Source of the DNA: Trichodelitschia bisporula
Taxonomy: Eukaryota
Direction of reading: 5' to 3'
Assembly (NCBI GenBank): GCA_010356995.1
Contig: ML996691.1
Coordinates: 130,174-194,173, forward strand
DNA length: 64,000 nucleotides
The position numbers and the translations under genes were made by a program. This document shows, in pieces, positions 48,946-63,000 of the stretch (position 1 is its first letter; every line of letters starts with the position of its first letter). Under the pieces are notes generated by a model. The model was not told the DNA's origin. It made no database searches and saw nothing but the letters and a program-made list of their open reading frames with translations.

Positions 48946-51084
48946 CTAATAAACCGGCCTACTCCCCTCCTCCCACTTCCGAAAGTCCCTCTTTTCTTCC
49001 TTAACCACCGGACTCGAGTCAACGGGTCCCAAACTGTATCTCGCACTCTGCCGCCGCTCCGTCGACGGCCGCCCATCCTCCACCGCCTGCACAGCGCCAA
49101 TCCACTCCCAAACCCGACTCACATCTCCATGCCGGCCCTCGCGCACACTAGGACGCACATTCGAGTTCTGCTCGACCTTGCGCTGGACCTTCTCCCACAG
49201 CTTCGCGCGGCGCTTAGCCGAGAATTCCTCGCGCAGGACGTCGTCGCGCAAATGGCCCATGCTGATATACGCCTCGGGATACGCACCCGGATTATCAGCG
49301 TGCAGGGCCGCTTGAGTAGCAAGACGATCAAGCGCAAAAGACGCGAGCTGCTTAGCGCGCTCCTCGGTGGCTTTGCCCTCTGTGATAGAGCTGCGCGTGT
49401 ACCACGCTACGGCGAGCAGCAGGGGCAGGATTATAAGTCGGCCCAGATATCTTGCCAGCGTGACTCGGATGGATCGTCGGATGGCGCAGCCGAGGGGGAT
49501 GCGGGCGAGGGAGGTAGAGGCGAGGGTGAGGACATCGGGTCTGTGAACGACGCAACACTGATTAGATCAGACGGGTAGGAGATACGGGAGCAATGTGACA
49601 TACCGGTCAGAGCCTGCTACCACTTCATCGCGGGCGGCGATCTCGCCCAGAGCCGATTTCCAGAGATCTTCGAAGTCTTCCTCGGACATGCCGCGGCGCC
49701 GCTTGGCGGAGACGGTTTCCTTGAGTTCCTTCTCTTTCAGAGCTGGGGATGAAGCTTTTTTGCCGTCTTCGTCGACTAATGTGCCGCACTCGTATTTGGC
49801 ATTCCGCTGGCGTAGCTCCTCGACCGCACGATCGGCAACCGCCTTGACGCGCTTTGCCTTCTCACCGTCCGGCTCGCAGGTCGGTGGGAGGGGAACGACT
49901 CCACCCAGCGAGAGCGGGTTAGCCTTGAGGATAAAGCCGGACTCGCACTCCGTCTGCAGGCGCGGAAGACAGAAAGCATGTGGCGGACACGGCTCGCACT
50001 GAGGTCGCAGGACGGAAGCCCAGTCTGGGATCTGGACTTCACCGATTGTCTCCGAGGGAGGCTCGCCGATGCCGCAGTAGCCCACCTTGAGCTTCTCCTC
50101 CCTGAAGAGCCAACCGATGCCGCCGAGTATTGCCAAAAGGATAGTCAGCGGAGCGGTCCAGCCGATACCAGACGACGAGCTGCGCTTGCGTTGCCGGGGC
50201 GGCATCACTTCCTTCCCCGTCGCCTTCTGCTCCTGGACAAGTTCAAGCTGCTCCTCGGGCGTAAACTCCTCGCCGGCCTCAACAGAATCATCTTCCACGT
50301 CGTACGGATTGTACGGCTTCTTCAAATCAGCCACTGCGATGTCAAAGGTCTTGCGCGAAGGCGGCACGATTCCGTCATCCCGCTGCTCCACCTTGTAAGC
50401 ATCCGTCCGCCGACGAGATGAGCTACTTTTGCGTTTCTCCGGTTCAACCGGCCCCAGTGTCCTGCGCCTGCGCTCATGTGACACGGTAGGAGGCGCCGGC
50501 GGGGAGCTCCCGCTCTGGAACGGATTGTCCGAAGAGAACGGGCTGTCGGCAGCAGGACTGCGCCACGCCTCTGGCTCAGGCTCTTGATGCAGAGGATTGG
50601 TTGGTTCGATACTGTAGCGCGTGCGCCGCCTGGAAGGGCCTTCGGCCTCTAGATCGGATGCGCGAGGATGCTTAGCCGACTTGCGACGCGATGTGGTTGG
50701 CAGCTCAACAGGCAACGGCGTCGCGTCCAAGTCTTCAACGACGGCTTCTGCGGGGCGCGTCACGCGGCGCGAGCTTCGCTGCCTAGCGGTCTTGCGAGGC
50801 GTTTCGAGTTCGTCGCGCGACTCCTCAGTGTCGGCGGTGCTCGTTTGGCTGGACGGCACGTCGACGATGCCGCGGGTGGAGCGCTTGGTGCGAGCACGCG
50901 CGTTGAGCAGCTTTTGCGCCTTGGGGGTGACATTGGCGTCAAAGAGCTCGACGAGCTGCGATTTTTTCGCTGATGAGGGATAGTTGATGTTGTGTTCGAG
51001 CAGAATGTTGCGAAGACGCGGCACCGTCAAAGTCGACGGGTTGAAGTCCGGCGCAAGGTAGTCTGTCTCGTCTGGCTCGGCCAT
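48946..51084 (-). CDS. SRC1: Inner nuclear membrane LEM/HeH-MSC protein
   Basis: DYL.PDFNP.TLTVPRLR.IL.EH...YPSSAKK.QLV (HeH), FS.DNPFQ, EEFTPEE, GYCG.G, CEPCP.HA.C, PTCEPD, LRDDVLR, WEWIG; one intron. Confidence 0.93.
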
Positions 51085-51439
51085 GGTTGCTAGGCCAAAG
51101 TGTGGTGTAGTGACAAGCGGAGCAGCGATAAGCGGAGTGACCGAAGTCTTTCACAAGAAATAAACCCCAGATGACAGTGGATTGCAGAAGCAAGAGAAGT
51201 TGATGAAAGCGGGGCTGCTGATGGGCAGAGGACAAGGGAGGTTGGTGGTGGTGAAAGAAGTTGAATTGCAAGGTGCAAGGTGGAGGTGGAAAGTTTGAAG
51301 CGAACAATGACGAAGTGTCTGCGCGTGCCACTCCACTCCAACTCCACTCAAATCCAATGCCCAGCCAGACCTCAGTAAACAATCCCGGATCCTTGTTGCC
51401 TGGCCATATCACATGTTTGCCCCCCCTCGTCACCCCTCT

Positions 51440-51515
51440 TTCGGCCTTGAAGCCTTGAAGCCTTGAGGCCTTGAAAACTTGGAGCCTTAAGGCCTTGGAG
51501 GCCTTGCAAACCTTA
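51440..51515 (+). repeat. Degenerate 8-9 bp tandem repeat (gccttgaa/gccttgga)
   Basis: About 8 units upstream of SRC1. Confidence 0.65.
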
Positions 51516-51805
51516 ATTTTATTCTCCGATCACCATCTCGTCACATGCCAACATCTTCACGACCATCAACTCCATTTGACATTAAAATTTCTATTTCCTT
51601 TGATGTGTCTCCTCCGCATTGTAGTACATGACAGTAGCCCAGCCAAGTGACAATAAAGGGATCCATATGCCCACTCCACATCTCACAAGCATCTTCAATC
51701 TTCCCTTCCAGTCCCCACTCTGCCCATCAGCCGCCCCAGATGATGTCGCTCCGGGAAGTAGAATCGGCTGCGGATGGAAGGGTATCAACGCTGCCGAAGA
51801 TCTTC

Positions 51806-52861
51806 TCAAACATGATTGTCGTTGCTCAAGCCATAGTCGATGATGAGGTCGAGGATTGCGTACTGCATCGCACGACCAGCCTCCCCCATCTCAGCATCAG
51901 CCTCCACGTGATCATGTTGTAGCCGTCCAAACTCGCGCGATATTTCTGCTAGTTCCGTGTGTATGTCGTCTGATATGTCGTCAAACTTGATGCTTGGATA
52001 CAAGCACAAGGGGCTCTTCCGGCGGCTCCACAACTTCTGGAAAGCTGCCATCGACACGCAGCAGAAACCACGCCCCTCAACAATCCCGTGGATAAGAAAT
52101 TCGTGAGTATGCGCTGCCCAGGGCATGTCTATGAACGCTTGAAGCTTGTCGGCCCTGTAGATCCCGTTTGTCGCGTAGTCGGTATCCAGCATTGCGATGT
52201 AGGATTCATAACCGTCATTTTCGGCCGAGCGTGCGTAGAATAGGGGAAGGTAAAGAGCGTCCGACCAGGAGCTGAACTCAGTTTCCACATCACGAGATGT
52301 GACAAGGTGATCTGCGACCATGGAGCCAAAGTCCGGGATGAGATAGGCGGCCTCGTGTCCGCCACCGCGAAGGAATGCTAGCGGTGTGACACGCTCAGTG
52401 GTATTTAACCCGTCAACTCCGCCTCCGGATGAAGGACCGAATCCACGGAAAAGGTACCTTGGAAACGGACGACGGGCCAAAGTCTTGCGGATCTCAAGTG
52501 GTGGACATATCTCGTCAAGTTCCTTCTTTAAGCTTTCTTTCCTCATCTTCTCCAAGAATGCGGCAACATCATCGTGATTTTCGGAGGTGGAAGAAGGAAA
52601 GGTTGGCGAAGAGGTGCTTCCATTTACCGTCTTGCTGGCTGTGGCAACAGCATCGTGATTCCCGGAGGTTGAAGAAGAGGTGTTTTCATTTATCGTCTCG
52701 TCGGTTCTTGCAACATGATCGCGATTCCCGGAGGCGGAGGAAGGAATGAAAGGAGGTGCGTCTCCACGCATCGTTGCGATAATGCTTGGAGGATTGTCGG
52801 CAAAAATAGGGGTTGAACGATTTTCGAAAGAATGTCGAATTGATGTTTTATGTGGTTGCAT
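51806..52861 (-). CDS. Hypothetical protein with ADP-ribosyltransferase-like R-S-E motifs
   Basis: Intronless ORF of about 350 aa; YLFRG ... EFSSWS ... YIAMLDT ... HEFLIHG; three N-terminal SS.SGN.D.VA-like repeats. Confidence 0.6.
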   Translation of the reverse strand: MQPHKTSIRHSFENRSTPIFADNPPSIIATMRGDAPPFIPSSASGNRDHVARTDETINENTSSSTSGNHDAVATASKTVNGSTSSPTFPSSTSENHDDVAAFLEKMRKESLKKELDEICPPLEIRKTLARRPFPRYLFRGFGPSSGGGVDGLNTTERVTPLAFLRGGGHEAAYLIPDFGSMVADHLVTSRDVETEFSSWSDALYLPLFYARSAENDGYESYIAMLDTDYATNGIYRADKLQAFIDMPWAAHTHEFLIHGIVEGRGFCCVSMAAFQKLWSRRKSPLCLYPSIKFDDISDDIHTELAEISREFGRLQHDHVEADAEMGEAGRAMQYAILDLIIDYGLSNDNHV

Positions 52862-53243
52862 GGGGGTTGTTGGTGTGGAGTTCAAGTTTCGCGGAGCAGC
52901 TTAATATGGTGGGCTCGTGCGCCAGTGAATTCCTCGAAGCCATCCTGCCCGGAGGCAGTAACGTGAAGCTTTAGGCGAGCTAAACCACGTGCTATATCCT
53001 CCTCAGGAGAGTTCTTGAACGCTTGTGGAAGGAGCAAGCTCTCTGTCCCTCCACAGAGCCGGCCACCGAGTCCAGCACGGGGTTTGACAGCTCGCACTCA
53101 GCGCGAGTGCCTTCACTCACGAAACACTGGGAGCATCCTGCACCAGGAGCTCGAAGCAAGTTCGCTCTCCAAAGTCAACATGATTGACTCATTATATCGC
53201 TTTTATACGGCACTCCGAAGCCATATACCAGTGACGCCCAAGC

Positions 53244-54647
53244 CTAGTTAAAGTTCCTGTGCGTCACATTCTGCCAGTGCTCGGCGATCAAGCCGCCCGG
53301 CGCCGCAGGATCCGTCCACGCCGCGCGCGCCTTCGCATCACCGCGGAAGTACCACTCGAACAGCTGCACCGTCGCTCGTCCGTACTTGCCGCCGCGCTTG
53401 GCGAAGAAAGTGCCCAGATGGCCGGAGTCGAGGCTGGCATAGAATGCCGGGATATTCTTCGGCAGAGCGGCGTAATCAGCGTTGCTCTGCGGCGCGTTAG
53501 TATATCTTAACTTTACTAAAGGGTAACTTGGCACGCCGTACGTTCTCGTATCCCATGTCCTTAGGACCGCCCGGGAACAGAGCAACTCCGGCCTTGAGCT
53601 CCTGCAGCAGCGCTCGCTTGTTCGGCATGATCACGCCCGAGTTATACACGCCGACTTGCGAAAGTTAGCGGGCCGGCGGAAACCAGATCTGGGATGTCTT
53701 ACTCAGCTTCACGCGGTCGTTGTGGTACGCCGTGGAGTACGCCTCCAAGCCGCCACAGCTCGATCCCCCGGTGGCAAAGTCGGTGGTCGACACATTGCCA
53801 TACTCCTTCGCGTTACCGTTGACCACCCAGGCGATAGCATCATTCATATCCTTAATCGTGCTCATACCCCCGGCCGCAGCATCGGCCATCGTATACTTCG
53901 GCTTGCCGTCGGGACCAGGTAGACCACCTGCCCCCGCGCCGCGCGGGATATCAAGTGTGGGCGGTGCACCACCGGGCGGACCCTAATCCATCAGCATCCT
54001 CCCAGCATCATCTCTCTGACCACACTCACGTTCGCAATAACCAGGTACCCATACGACGCCACCTCCGTCAAAAACATCGCATACGGCGTCCCCGAGCTCG
54101 TACACCCTCCATTCCCCCAAATAAACACCGGCATCTTCAAGCTCGGAGGCGGCGGCTTGATGGGCGCATAAACCGTATGGCGCGTCAGGCCCGGCACGGT
54201 GAAGAAATGCGCCGGGTACGGCCCGCTACCTGGGTCGTAAAAATCCTGCAGGCTGGGCTTGCCCTTCGGATACTCGGGCCCCGTGGGCACAAGGGACGAA
54301 ATATCCAGGTTATTCAACAGGCCGCCCAGCATAGCCGTGATGCCGCTGCTCGCAGCCGCAGCCGGCGTCGAAGCGGGCTTAGGTGGCGCCGCGGCGGCTG
54401 GCAGTCCGCTGGCCTTTGGCGGAGTGCTCCCCTTGGCCGGGCCAAAGAAACTCGAGATACCGCTCAAAAGGCTCCCGAGTCCACTCGTGGAGCTGGATGC
54501 GCTGGATGTGCCGAAGCCCATGCCGAAAATGCCGCCCATGTCACCGTTGTCGCCGGAGACGGGGACGGCTGGCGCGGCAGGCGCCTGAGCGAGGGGCGTG
54601 GCGGCCGCGGAGGCGGCCAGGATGGCCGTGAGGAGATGTTGCTTCAT
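53244..54647 (-). CDS. Secreted alpha/beta hydrolase (chlorophyllase/cutinase-like)
   Basis: Signal peptide, PVFIWGNGGC, L.EVASYGYLVIAN, nucleophile motif GSSCGG, GGP.D, GHLGTF; three introns. Confidence 0.82.
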
Positions 54648-57038
54648 TGTGAACGAGTGGATGATGCTCTCGGCTTAAGGCGTGGTTCCAGGCGGTGGAG
54701 TCCGCGTACTTATGCCGGTGCCTATTTGGCACTCTGCGGCCTTGGTTGCTGCGGGCCATGGTCATTGTAGGGTTGCAAGCGCGGTTCCGGGCTCACAATG
54801 GGAAGATCCCGCTGCTGAGATCGGATTCCGTGGCACGCCTGAGCTTAAGGCTGAAAACCTGCCGGGGGAAACCCGCGGAAAGGTTGGGGCTAAATACCGG
54901 ATATGTGGGGAATGCGCGGTGGGTAGTGCTACGAAAGAGGCCATTGTTTTGGATTGAGTATACTCATGATGGTAGTGATTGGTGGATGACGCATGAAGAT
55001 ACACTTTGTTATACGGGATTATATCGGAATGGGGTTGGTGAGCTCGGTTCAAGCCAAAGCCTTCTGAAGAAATGTTGCGGTACGATTTGTGTATACTGTG
55101 AACTGAATTGCGGGAAGCGCAGTGAAGTTCGAAGGTTGATCTCGATGATCTACGTTGCTTTCACCTACCATATCGGATAATAGTTTATCCTTGCACCGCC
55201 ACACCATGACGTGCACGGTCGCCAAGGGCATCTGTGACACAGCATGTGAGGTGAAGGACATTGGAAAAAAGCGACAGGCTGTTTCGTTACTTTCTTTGAG
55301 AAGAGCACTCCTACAATCACGAATTGGCACAAAAGAAGGTACAGCAATCTATAATCCGGTGATGGAACCCGTCGCGACGGCCGGGATGGGACTTCGCTGC
55401 TGGGGAGTCGAGTGGGGGACCTATCGAGGTTCATTTAGCAGTCCGTGGCACTAGATCGTCGGTCGAGGATGGTAAGATGCGTTCTATTACCCGGGCATGA
55501 TACCAAATGACCACATTCGTATCGTTGGCCGGTACGCCCATTGAGAGTACACCGACGGGTTGCCTCCATGCACTACTATAGAAGCACTCAGTTCCTCTAC
55601 CGTACTATCATTCTCCTCTTGCTCAATGCCGCCTAGAGCTTCTCCTAGAATTGCAACGGAAGGCAGGTAGGAGGTAGTGTAGTTCACCTTCATGGCGGGA
55701 CAGATCGAGAATACTCCCAAGATCGTTGAAGTCCAAGGAAGCGATGTCGACTACTCGTAGTTCTAGTCGGGATAGCGCGCTCAGCAAGGACAGCAAGATG
55801 TGGCATCTTATCATAGATGATCTACTAGATATGCCCTCAGTAATTGTGGTACTCCAGAAAATTTGATCGGGCATCTAAAAGGGTGCCGGCGCTGAGAAGG
55901 CGACTGACATCGATGTTAAATGGTGAAGCATAGCCCTCCAGAAGGTCCTGGAGACCTCAGCACACCTTCGATGTCCATGTGGATGAATATATACGCTTGG
56001 TTCTGTAACCCGAAATGCCATTCCCGGTCCTTGACGTTCACGAATGCGGCATTGGAGAAACCCACCCACAACTGAGAATGTATCTGCGATTGTGGCAGGA
56101 ATAAGAAGGGCAGATCGAGGATGTAAGGTTGTAGAACATCCGTCCGGATGATAGAGCCGCTGAGGTCGAGACATGGAAGACGTACCGTCTAGTTGATCCT
56201 CTGCACAAAGTCTGCTGGTAGGAAGTGGACAAAGGTTGGAATTGAATAATTTCTCCTCTCCCACCGCACTTTCCGAGGCGGGACATATGGCCAAGGTCGC
56301 AGAGTACCAGGTTTCAAACCGCTTACTGAAGTAAATCTGCGAATTGGTTAGTCAAATTAGTATTTGGGTAGGTGGCCAGCGACGGATCCTAACCGCTGTA
56401 TTTTTGGTTTCAGGGGCTTGTCTGCCATGCACGGCCTGCGTTCGGCGTCCAGAATCATAGCATCACGCTACTCTCATAAGGTTACTCGCACACGATCAGA
56501 TTAGCCAGCACGTCATGTGCAAACTATCACACGTAGGCCTTACCATCTCTGTGTACACTCGGGCCATCATCCAATCCCCACCTCATCACAACCAAGCAGC
56601 ATGGAACGATCCAAAAAAAGTCAAGGACCTCCAAACCGGACGTTAAATGGTAAATAGAGACGAACGCCGCCGCCGGCCATACCGCCCACACCCCACCGGC
56701 CGTACGCCTGAGCCCATTCCATGCCCACCATGCAAATACCCCAATCGCGCAATCGTGACAACTTGATCCACATGAAAGAAGCGGCCACAGCGGTCGTCCC
56801 AACTAGTACCCGTCCCGTCCCTTCCCATCTCGATTCGTGAAATATGCTAAACCCAGTGAAAAGCTCTAAAGGAAGCAATGCGCTGTGCTACCTGAAAAGG
56901 GGGAATCTTTCTAAACCTCCCCACACCTCCGCGTTGGCGCCCCATTAGCCAAAATCTTTTGATCATAGATGCAGATGGCTATGCGAGACAGCGGCCTGGG
57001 GGCCAAAATCTACTCGCTCTTTCCGACCTGTACTTCAC

Positions 57039-60000
57039 CTACGTGTCGGTTTGCGTTGATATGTCCTCTCCGCCGCCCTGGGCTGCCTCGGGCACAACCC
57101 CATTACACTGCTCTTCCGCATTGCTCTGCTCTTCCATATTGCTCTGCTTTTCCACAGTGCTCTGCTCTTTCCCCTCCGCAGCATCATCGACCTGAAACCG
57201 AACCGAATGGTCATTATGCGCCTTCCCCGCGGGCCGCATCGCAGACCCCGTCGGACTCTGCGAAGCCGACGGCGTAGCCGCGGGCAGAGACGCATCCTCG
57301 CCCTTCGCACCACCCACGCCCTGTGATCCCTCCTTCTTGTGCACCAGATACGTCTCCAGAAGCGCCTTGAGCGTTTGTCGTCTGCAGCGAGTCAGTAAAT
57401 CCCTACCACACGAAACGGATGTACTCACTGCACCGGCTTCGCCAGATAATTATTCATCCCCGCCTCAAGGCACTTCTCGCGGTCGCCCTGGATTGCCGAC
57501 GCCGTCATTGCTATCACGAGCACATCCCTGATAGCAGGATCCTTGTGACTCCGGATCTCACGCGTCGCATCGTACCCGTCCAGTACTGGCATCTGCACAT
57601 CCATGAGCACGAGGTGATACGGCGAGCCCGCCGCGCTCGCACGCTCCAGCGCCTCAATCGTCTGTCGTCCATCGGCGAAGGCCCTGCATTCAAACCCGAG
57701 CTTGCTAACGAACGAGAGCGCAATCTTCTGATTCACAGGATTGTCCTCGGCAATACAAATGCGAGTCTGCCCGCGCGGCACCGTCTCGTCCGTTGACCGA
57801 TTCATGCGCTGAGGTGACGTAGGCCCAGGGGGTGTATAGTGGGCCATGAGGTCTGGCTTTGGAGCAACGCCGTCGAGAAGGCTTGCCTTTTCCGATTGCG
57901 AAACTTTCTTGAATCGGATGCGGAAAAATACGGTCGTACCTTTGCCTGGCATGCTTTCGAGCCAGATGCGGCCGCCCATGTTTTCGATTAGCGCTTTGCA
58001 GATGCTAAGCCCCAGACCTGTGCCGCCGAAGCTGCGCGACGATGTGTTTTCGACTTGGCTGAATGGCTGGAAGAGGTTCCGACGTTGGTCGTCTGGGATG
58101 CCGATGCCTGTGTCTTTCACTGAGACCGTGATGTCGATCCAGTCCTTTTCTTCGTGGTTCGTGACGGCGCGCACGGTGACGGAACCGCGTACAGTGAACT
58201 TGTAGGCGTTTGACAGCAGATTCATCAAAATTTGATGGAGGCGCATCGGGTCACCAAGTACGAGCAGTGCGGGATCGATGCCCAGGTCGAGCGCCGTGTG
58301 CAGACCCTTCTCGTTGTTCTGGTAAGAAAGGGCGCGGACGACCTCGCGTGTAGTCTCCGTCAGATTGATAGGCAGCGAGCTCATATTCATCTTGCCAGCC
58401 TCCAGCTTGGTAAAGTCGAGAAGGTCATTGATGACGGAGAGCAGTGTATCGGCGCACAAGCGGATGCTGTCGGCATAACCCGCCTGTTTTTGAGTCAACT
58501 GCGTCTCCTTGAGCAACTCGCTCATGCCGATTACGCCGGTAAGGGGGGTGCGTAGCTCGTGGCTGACGTTGGCGAGGAACATGGACTTGGCCTTTGCAGC
58601 CTCCTCCTTTAGCTTCATGTTGCGGATGGCCTCCAACTCGGCGAGTTTGGCTTTGGCCTCGGCAGCACGGGCCTGCGCTAGAGCGCGCTTCTGCATGTCG
58701 ACCATGGCCGAGTTCTCGGAGCTGACCTTCTCAATCTGCTTCAGGACCAGGGCGTTGGCGAGTGATATCGAGATTTGGTTAACCAGCAGCTGTAAGACGG
58801 TAAGGTTGCGCTCCGTGAAGCTGTTTGGCGGTCCCTCAATGTAAATCGACCCGAGCAACTCGCCGGCGCCATGCAGAATCGGAATCGCGATAACAGACCG
58901 ACCGTCGGGATGTCTGTTAAGGAACTCCTGCGACACGCCCAAGAACCGCTCGTCGTCCAGGAGGTTTTGCAAAAAGACAGTTTCCTTGAACCGCAGTACA
59001 TACGTCGTGATCTGCTGAGTTTCCCGGTTCCCTACCGTCTCGAAGCCCTGTCCATCGGGGTAGGATTGCACGCCTTCTTGGGTGCTGACCGAGGCTAGGG
59101 TCCATTCGATCTGCTCGCCCCTGACGACTATGGCCGCGAGCTCGGCGGCAGTGGACTCGAGAATGATATCAGTCATCTTGGACATCAATTTGTCGACCTG
59201 CAGTTCCGAGGAGAGAAGTTGGCTCGACTGCAATATGCTTGCTAGGTCGATCATATCGAGCCCCATGGCCGAAAAGTCGCGTGGGAAGCCCTTCTCCGTC
59301 CGGTGCACCTCTTGCCCACCAGTTGCACTAACCACCTTCTTTTCTGGCTCGACCCACGCGTTTGTCCTGTCAACTGAGGTCTCCAGTCCCAAAGTCCGAT
59401 TCCTCCGGGTTTCGTTCTGCGCAAGCTTAAAGGGAGAATTCCCGGTGTCAATCATAGTCGTTTGGCAGGCCGCGTCGATGCTGTTGAGTGATGTTGTGCC
59501 CCGGATGAGCCACTCGAACTTAGCCGCCACATTCTCAGCCTTGCCATATGCGCTGACCCTCCGGTACGCCGAAAGGCATTGGGTCAGCAAGTGACGGGCA
59601 GGCCGAGTTGCGCCCCTGCGGATGAGAGAATCGGCATAGAGCTCGAAGACCAGAGCGTCCTCGAGCAGTAGGTCATGCACCTGAGAGTGGTCCAGTGCTT
59701 GTTCGTACATTATGACAGACTCGGGAATATTCCCGGTTACGTCTGCATACTCGGCGCGCAGTAAGCATAACCAACCGCGATAGTTGACATCATTGATCTC
59801 GGCTGCAGGCTCAATGCGTCGTGTGAGGTTCTGAACCTTGGCCAGCAGATCTTCGCGGTCGGGCCTGCTAGGATTTTCGCGAATATTCGCACAATAGCAT
59901 AGAGCCAGATACATCAGGTTGCTATAGTAGTAACGCATGGAGCTGGACTTGTCAGAGTAAGTTCCTAACAACGCTTTGTACTTACAACAGGTCTTCCGAC

Positions 60001-63000
60001 ATGGGCACCAGACGCTCACCGATCTCCAGGGCGGCGTCGAGGTGGCCAAAATGGAAAAGAGCCATGAACAAGTTGGTCCAGTAAATTGCTAGGGGACGTT
60101 CAGTATGTGAGGCCGTCTTCTTGATATAGTTCTCATATTCTGCTCCGTTGAAGTCGGCTTCATCAAATACCTCGGTGGCAGAGGTGGAGTTGGTCTTGCC
60201 TTGCAGGGCGCGCGCCAGCTGTCGTACCGAAGTGAGCATCACCCCACCCCGCAGGTCACCTTGCCAGCCGGGATACTCAAGGGGTGCATCGCTCGTATAC
60301 GCTTCGACCTCCGTCAGGTCGTGCGAGCACCAAAACTTGAACATGGCCGTGATGCCGAGATTCAGCAGTATCAGGTTCCGATCCCCGGCCAGAATGCTCG
60401 CGTCCATGGCGTTGTCTAACACTTCGATTTGGTCGCGTACGTGCGTCTCGAGATGCCCGATGAAAAGAGCCCGAAGCATCTCACCACGTCCGAATGAGTA
60501 GGATGCGGACTCGTACTTCTGGAACAGGTGGTGCGCGAGACTGGCAACTCGACAACCAAGCTCTGTCGTACCAAAGCGGCCTACGGCGATGGAGGCGAAG
60601 TGCAGATAGCCGGCGCCACACTGGGGGAAGTCGCCCGTCGTTATGTGCAGGCGCATCATGACCATAGAAGACTGGAAGAACCGAAGAGAATTGGTCCAGA
60701 ATGCCGTAGATACTATTTCCAAAAGGACGGGTCCAAGGGCAGCCATCATCGGGTCTATTTTAGTCGGTCGCGATACCAAGTCATCAAAGTTGGTCGAGTT
60801 GAGAAGCTTGCAAAGATCTAAAAATTCTTCGTCGCATTCTTCGAATGTCGTCTCCGGGATTACAGTTCCGAGCTGAGCAAGGCAGTCACGGAGAGCCTCA
60901 AAGGCGGCCTGACTATCCCCTTCGAATGCGTACGTCCGAGACTTTGTGACGTACGCCGGGGCCTTGTCGATAGGGTTCCGCGCATGCTGCAGCACAGCTT
61001 CAACCAATTTACGAGCCTCGCCGATTTGCTGCTCGTAGCAATGGGCAGCAGCTGTCTTGAGATACAAGTCAAGCGTCTCGTGGTAGTTAACGTCGGGTTG
61101 TGACTCGTCCCATGGGTTGTCCTGGAGCAAAGTCATGCAGTGGACCAGATAGAACAACGCCGTCGAGCGCGCTCCGGACTCTGCCGCATTCTCAGCCGCC
61201 TGGAAGAGGAGGTGCCGGTACGCAGAGCGGTTCGACTCCCGCTGTCTCAGTAGACCAACGGCAGAGCACACGTGCTGTCCCCTGATGTAAAATGACTTGG
61301 AGCTGGTGCGAGTATTATCACGGAAGTCATGCTGTACCATAGTCTTCGCTATGGCGTAGTACATTTCATGCTTATTGAAGCATTCAGCGAGAGCATTGGC
61401 AGACTGCGGGTCAGACTTGCAGAGAAACATCACTATCACTGAATCACTTACCTGCATGTAGCGGTCATGGGAGAACCGAAATCGGTCTTCGTCACCTCCA
61501 GGCACAATCAGATATGCTGAGATGCTAGCCTGTAATCCAGCCACGGGGTCGTACGAGCCGACGAGCGGTAAGCCTTGCGCGTCCGGCCACGCGTTTTCTC
61601 CGCACATTAAGCGTTTCACCAGGGAAAAAGAGAAAGAGTTCCCGAGTAGAGATGCCCAAGCGAGGAGACACCGCGCAGAATACGGCAACTCCTGCAGCCG
61701 CTTTGAGACAAAGTCGATAGTAATCTGGGATCCGTACGATTCGCTCTCAAACGCCGTGAAGACTTTGTCCAAATCAAACTCCCACGCTGAAGTTTTCCAA
61801 GAATAGTGAATACAGCGCGTGCGGTAGCAAGTTGCCAACATTTCGCGGATAAAAAAGGGATTGCCCGCCGTCTTTTCTTGGATGACAGCCACGAGGGGTA
61901 CGACATAATCGCGATCCCGATGCAGTGTTGCAGAGACATAGGTCGACGTTTCTTCCTCGGAGAATGGCGTAAGCTCAAGCTTTACAGCGGAGGAGAGGAG
62001 AGTAAGGACATGCTTGGGGATCAAATCGTCATGCCGGTAGGTAATGATGAAGAGAATGGGGATTTTGCCTGTGACAATGTTGTGCACGAGGTCGAGGGAT
62101 TCCGTGTCCGCGTACTGGAGGTCGTCTAGTGACAAGATGATGAGCTTACTGGACGCAAGCAAACGCAACACACCGAGAAATATATTCATGAAGCGCGACG
62201 TTCTGGAGGCTCCCGAGCGTGACCACTCGCCAGTAGATTGTGTGCTGCTCTGACTGCTACTAGGCGCTTGGGTCAGAGAGGGCGAGGGGCTTCGACGACT
62301 CTGCATAGTGATGCGAGCCAGAGATTGGTTCAGGCCGTTCGGCTGGGTGTGCGAAATCACATCCAAAAGTGACTCGGGCAGGTCGAGATATGTGTGCAAA
62401 ATGTGCCAAACGGGCTTCACAAAGCCACGGATGTGGTTGTGGAACTCTGTTGAGACATCGCTTTCTGAGAAGATTTGCCGGAAAAGCGATGACATTAAAC
62501 GCAGAATCGGCTCAAACGGGGCCCGTCTCGCCTGGTCAAACTTCGCGCTTGCGAAGTAGCCATAGTTGCGGGCACTGACCTGGACGCTTTGAATCAAGCA
62601 CGACTTGCCCAGCCCAGCAGCACCCGATATGGCGATCACTTCGCATCTGCCCTTTCGCCTAGTCCGAGTTGCGTCTCGCAGCAACCTTCCGGTTTCCTGT
62701 GCGCTGTTGTTGTTCGCGGGTACAGATGCACCGCTGGATCCGAGTTTCGAATCGGCGCTGGTACCGTTGCGCGACTCGCGCAGTTCAAGGAGCTCATCAG
62801 AGGACACTTCGGAGACGATGCTTCGTGCCGTCTTGTGGGAGCCGTGCAATACAACGGAATTCGCGCCGTCACCGTTTCTCACGCCGGATGTCTTGGAGCT
62901 ACCACTTCCGGACGTGCTCTCGTTGGTCGCCTGCATGTCGGGTTGTGTGTTGGATGTAGAGGAGCCAGTGCTGCGATCCCAGGCAGAGCTACCTAAGGAC

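Noticed and set aside
14056..61451. Four stopless 3n introns (14056-14103, 18694-18744, 21619-21669, 61404-61451)
   Set aside because: Real and easily mis-annotated as coding, but about four among roughly 30 short GC-rich introns is what chance predicts.
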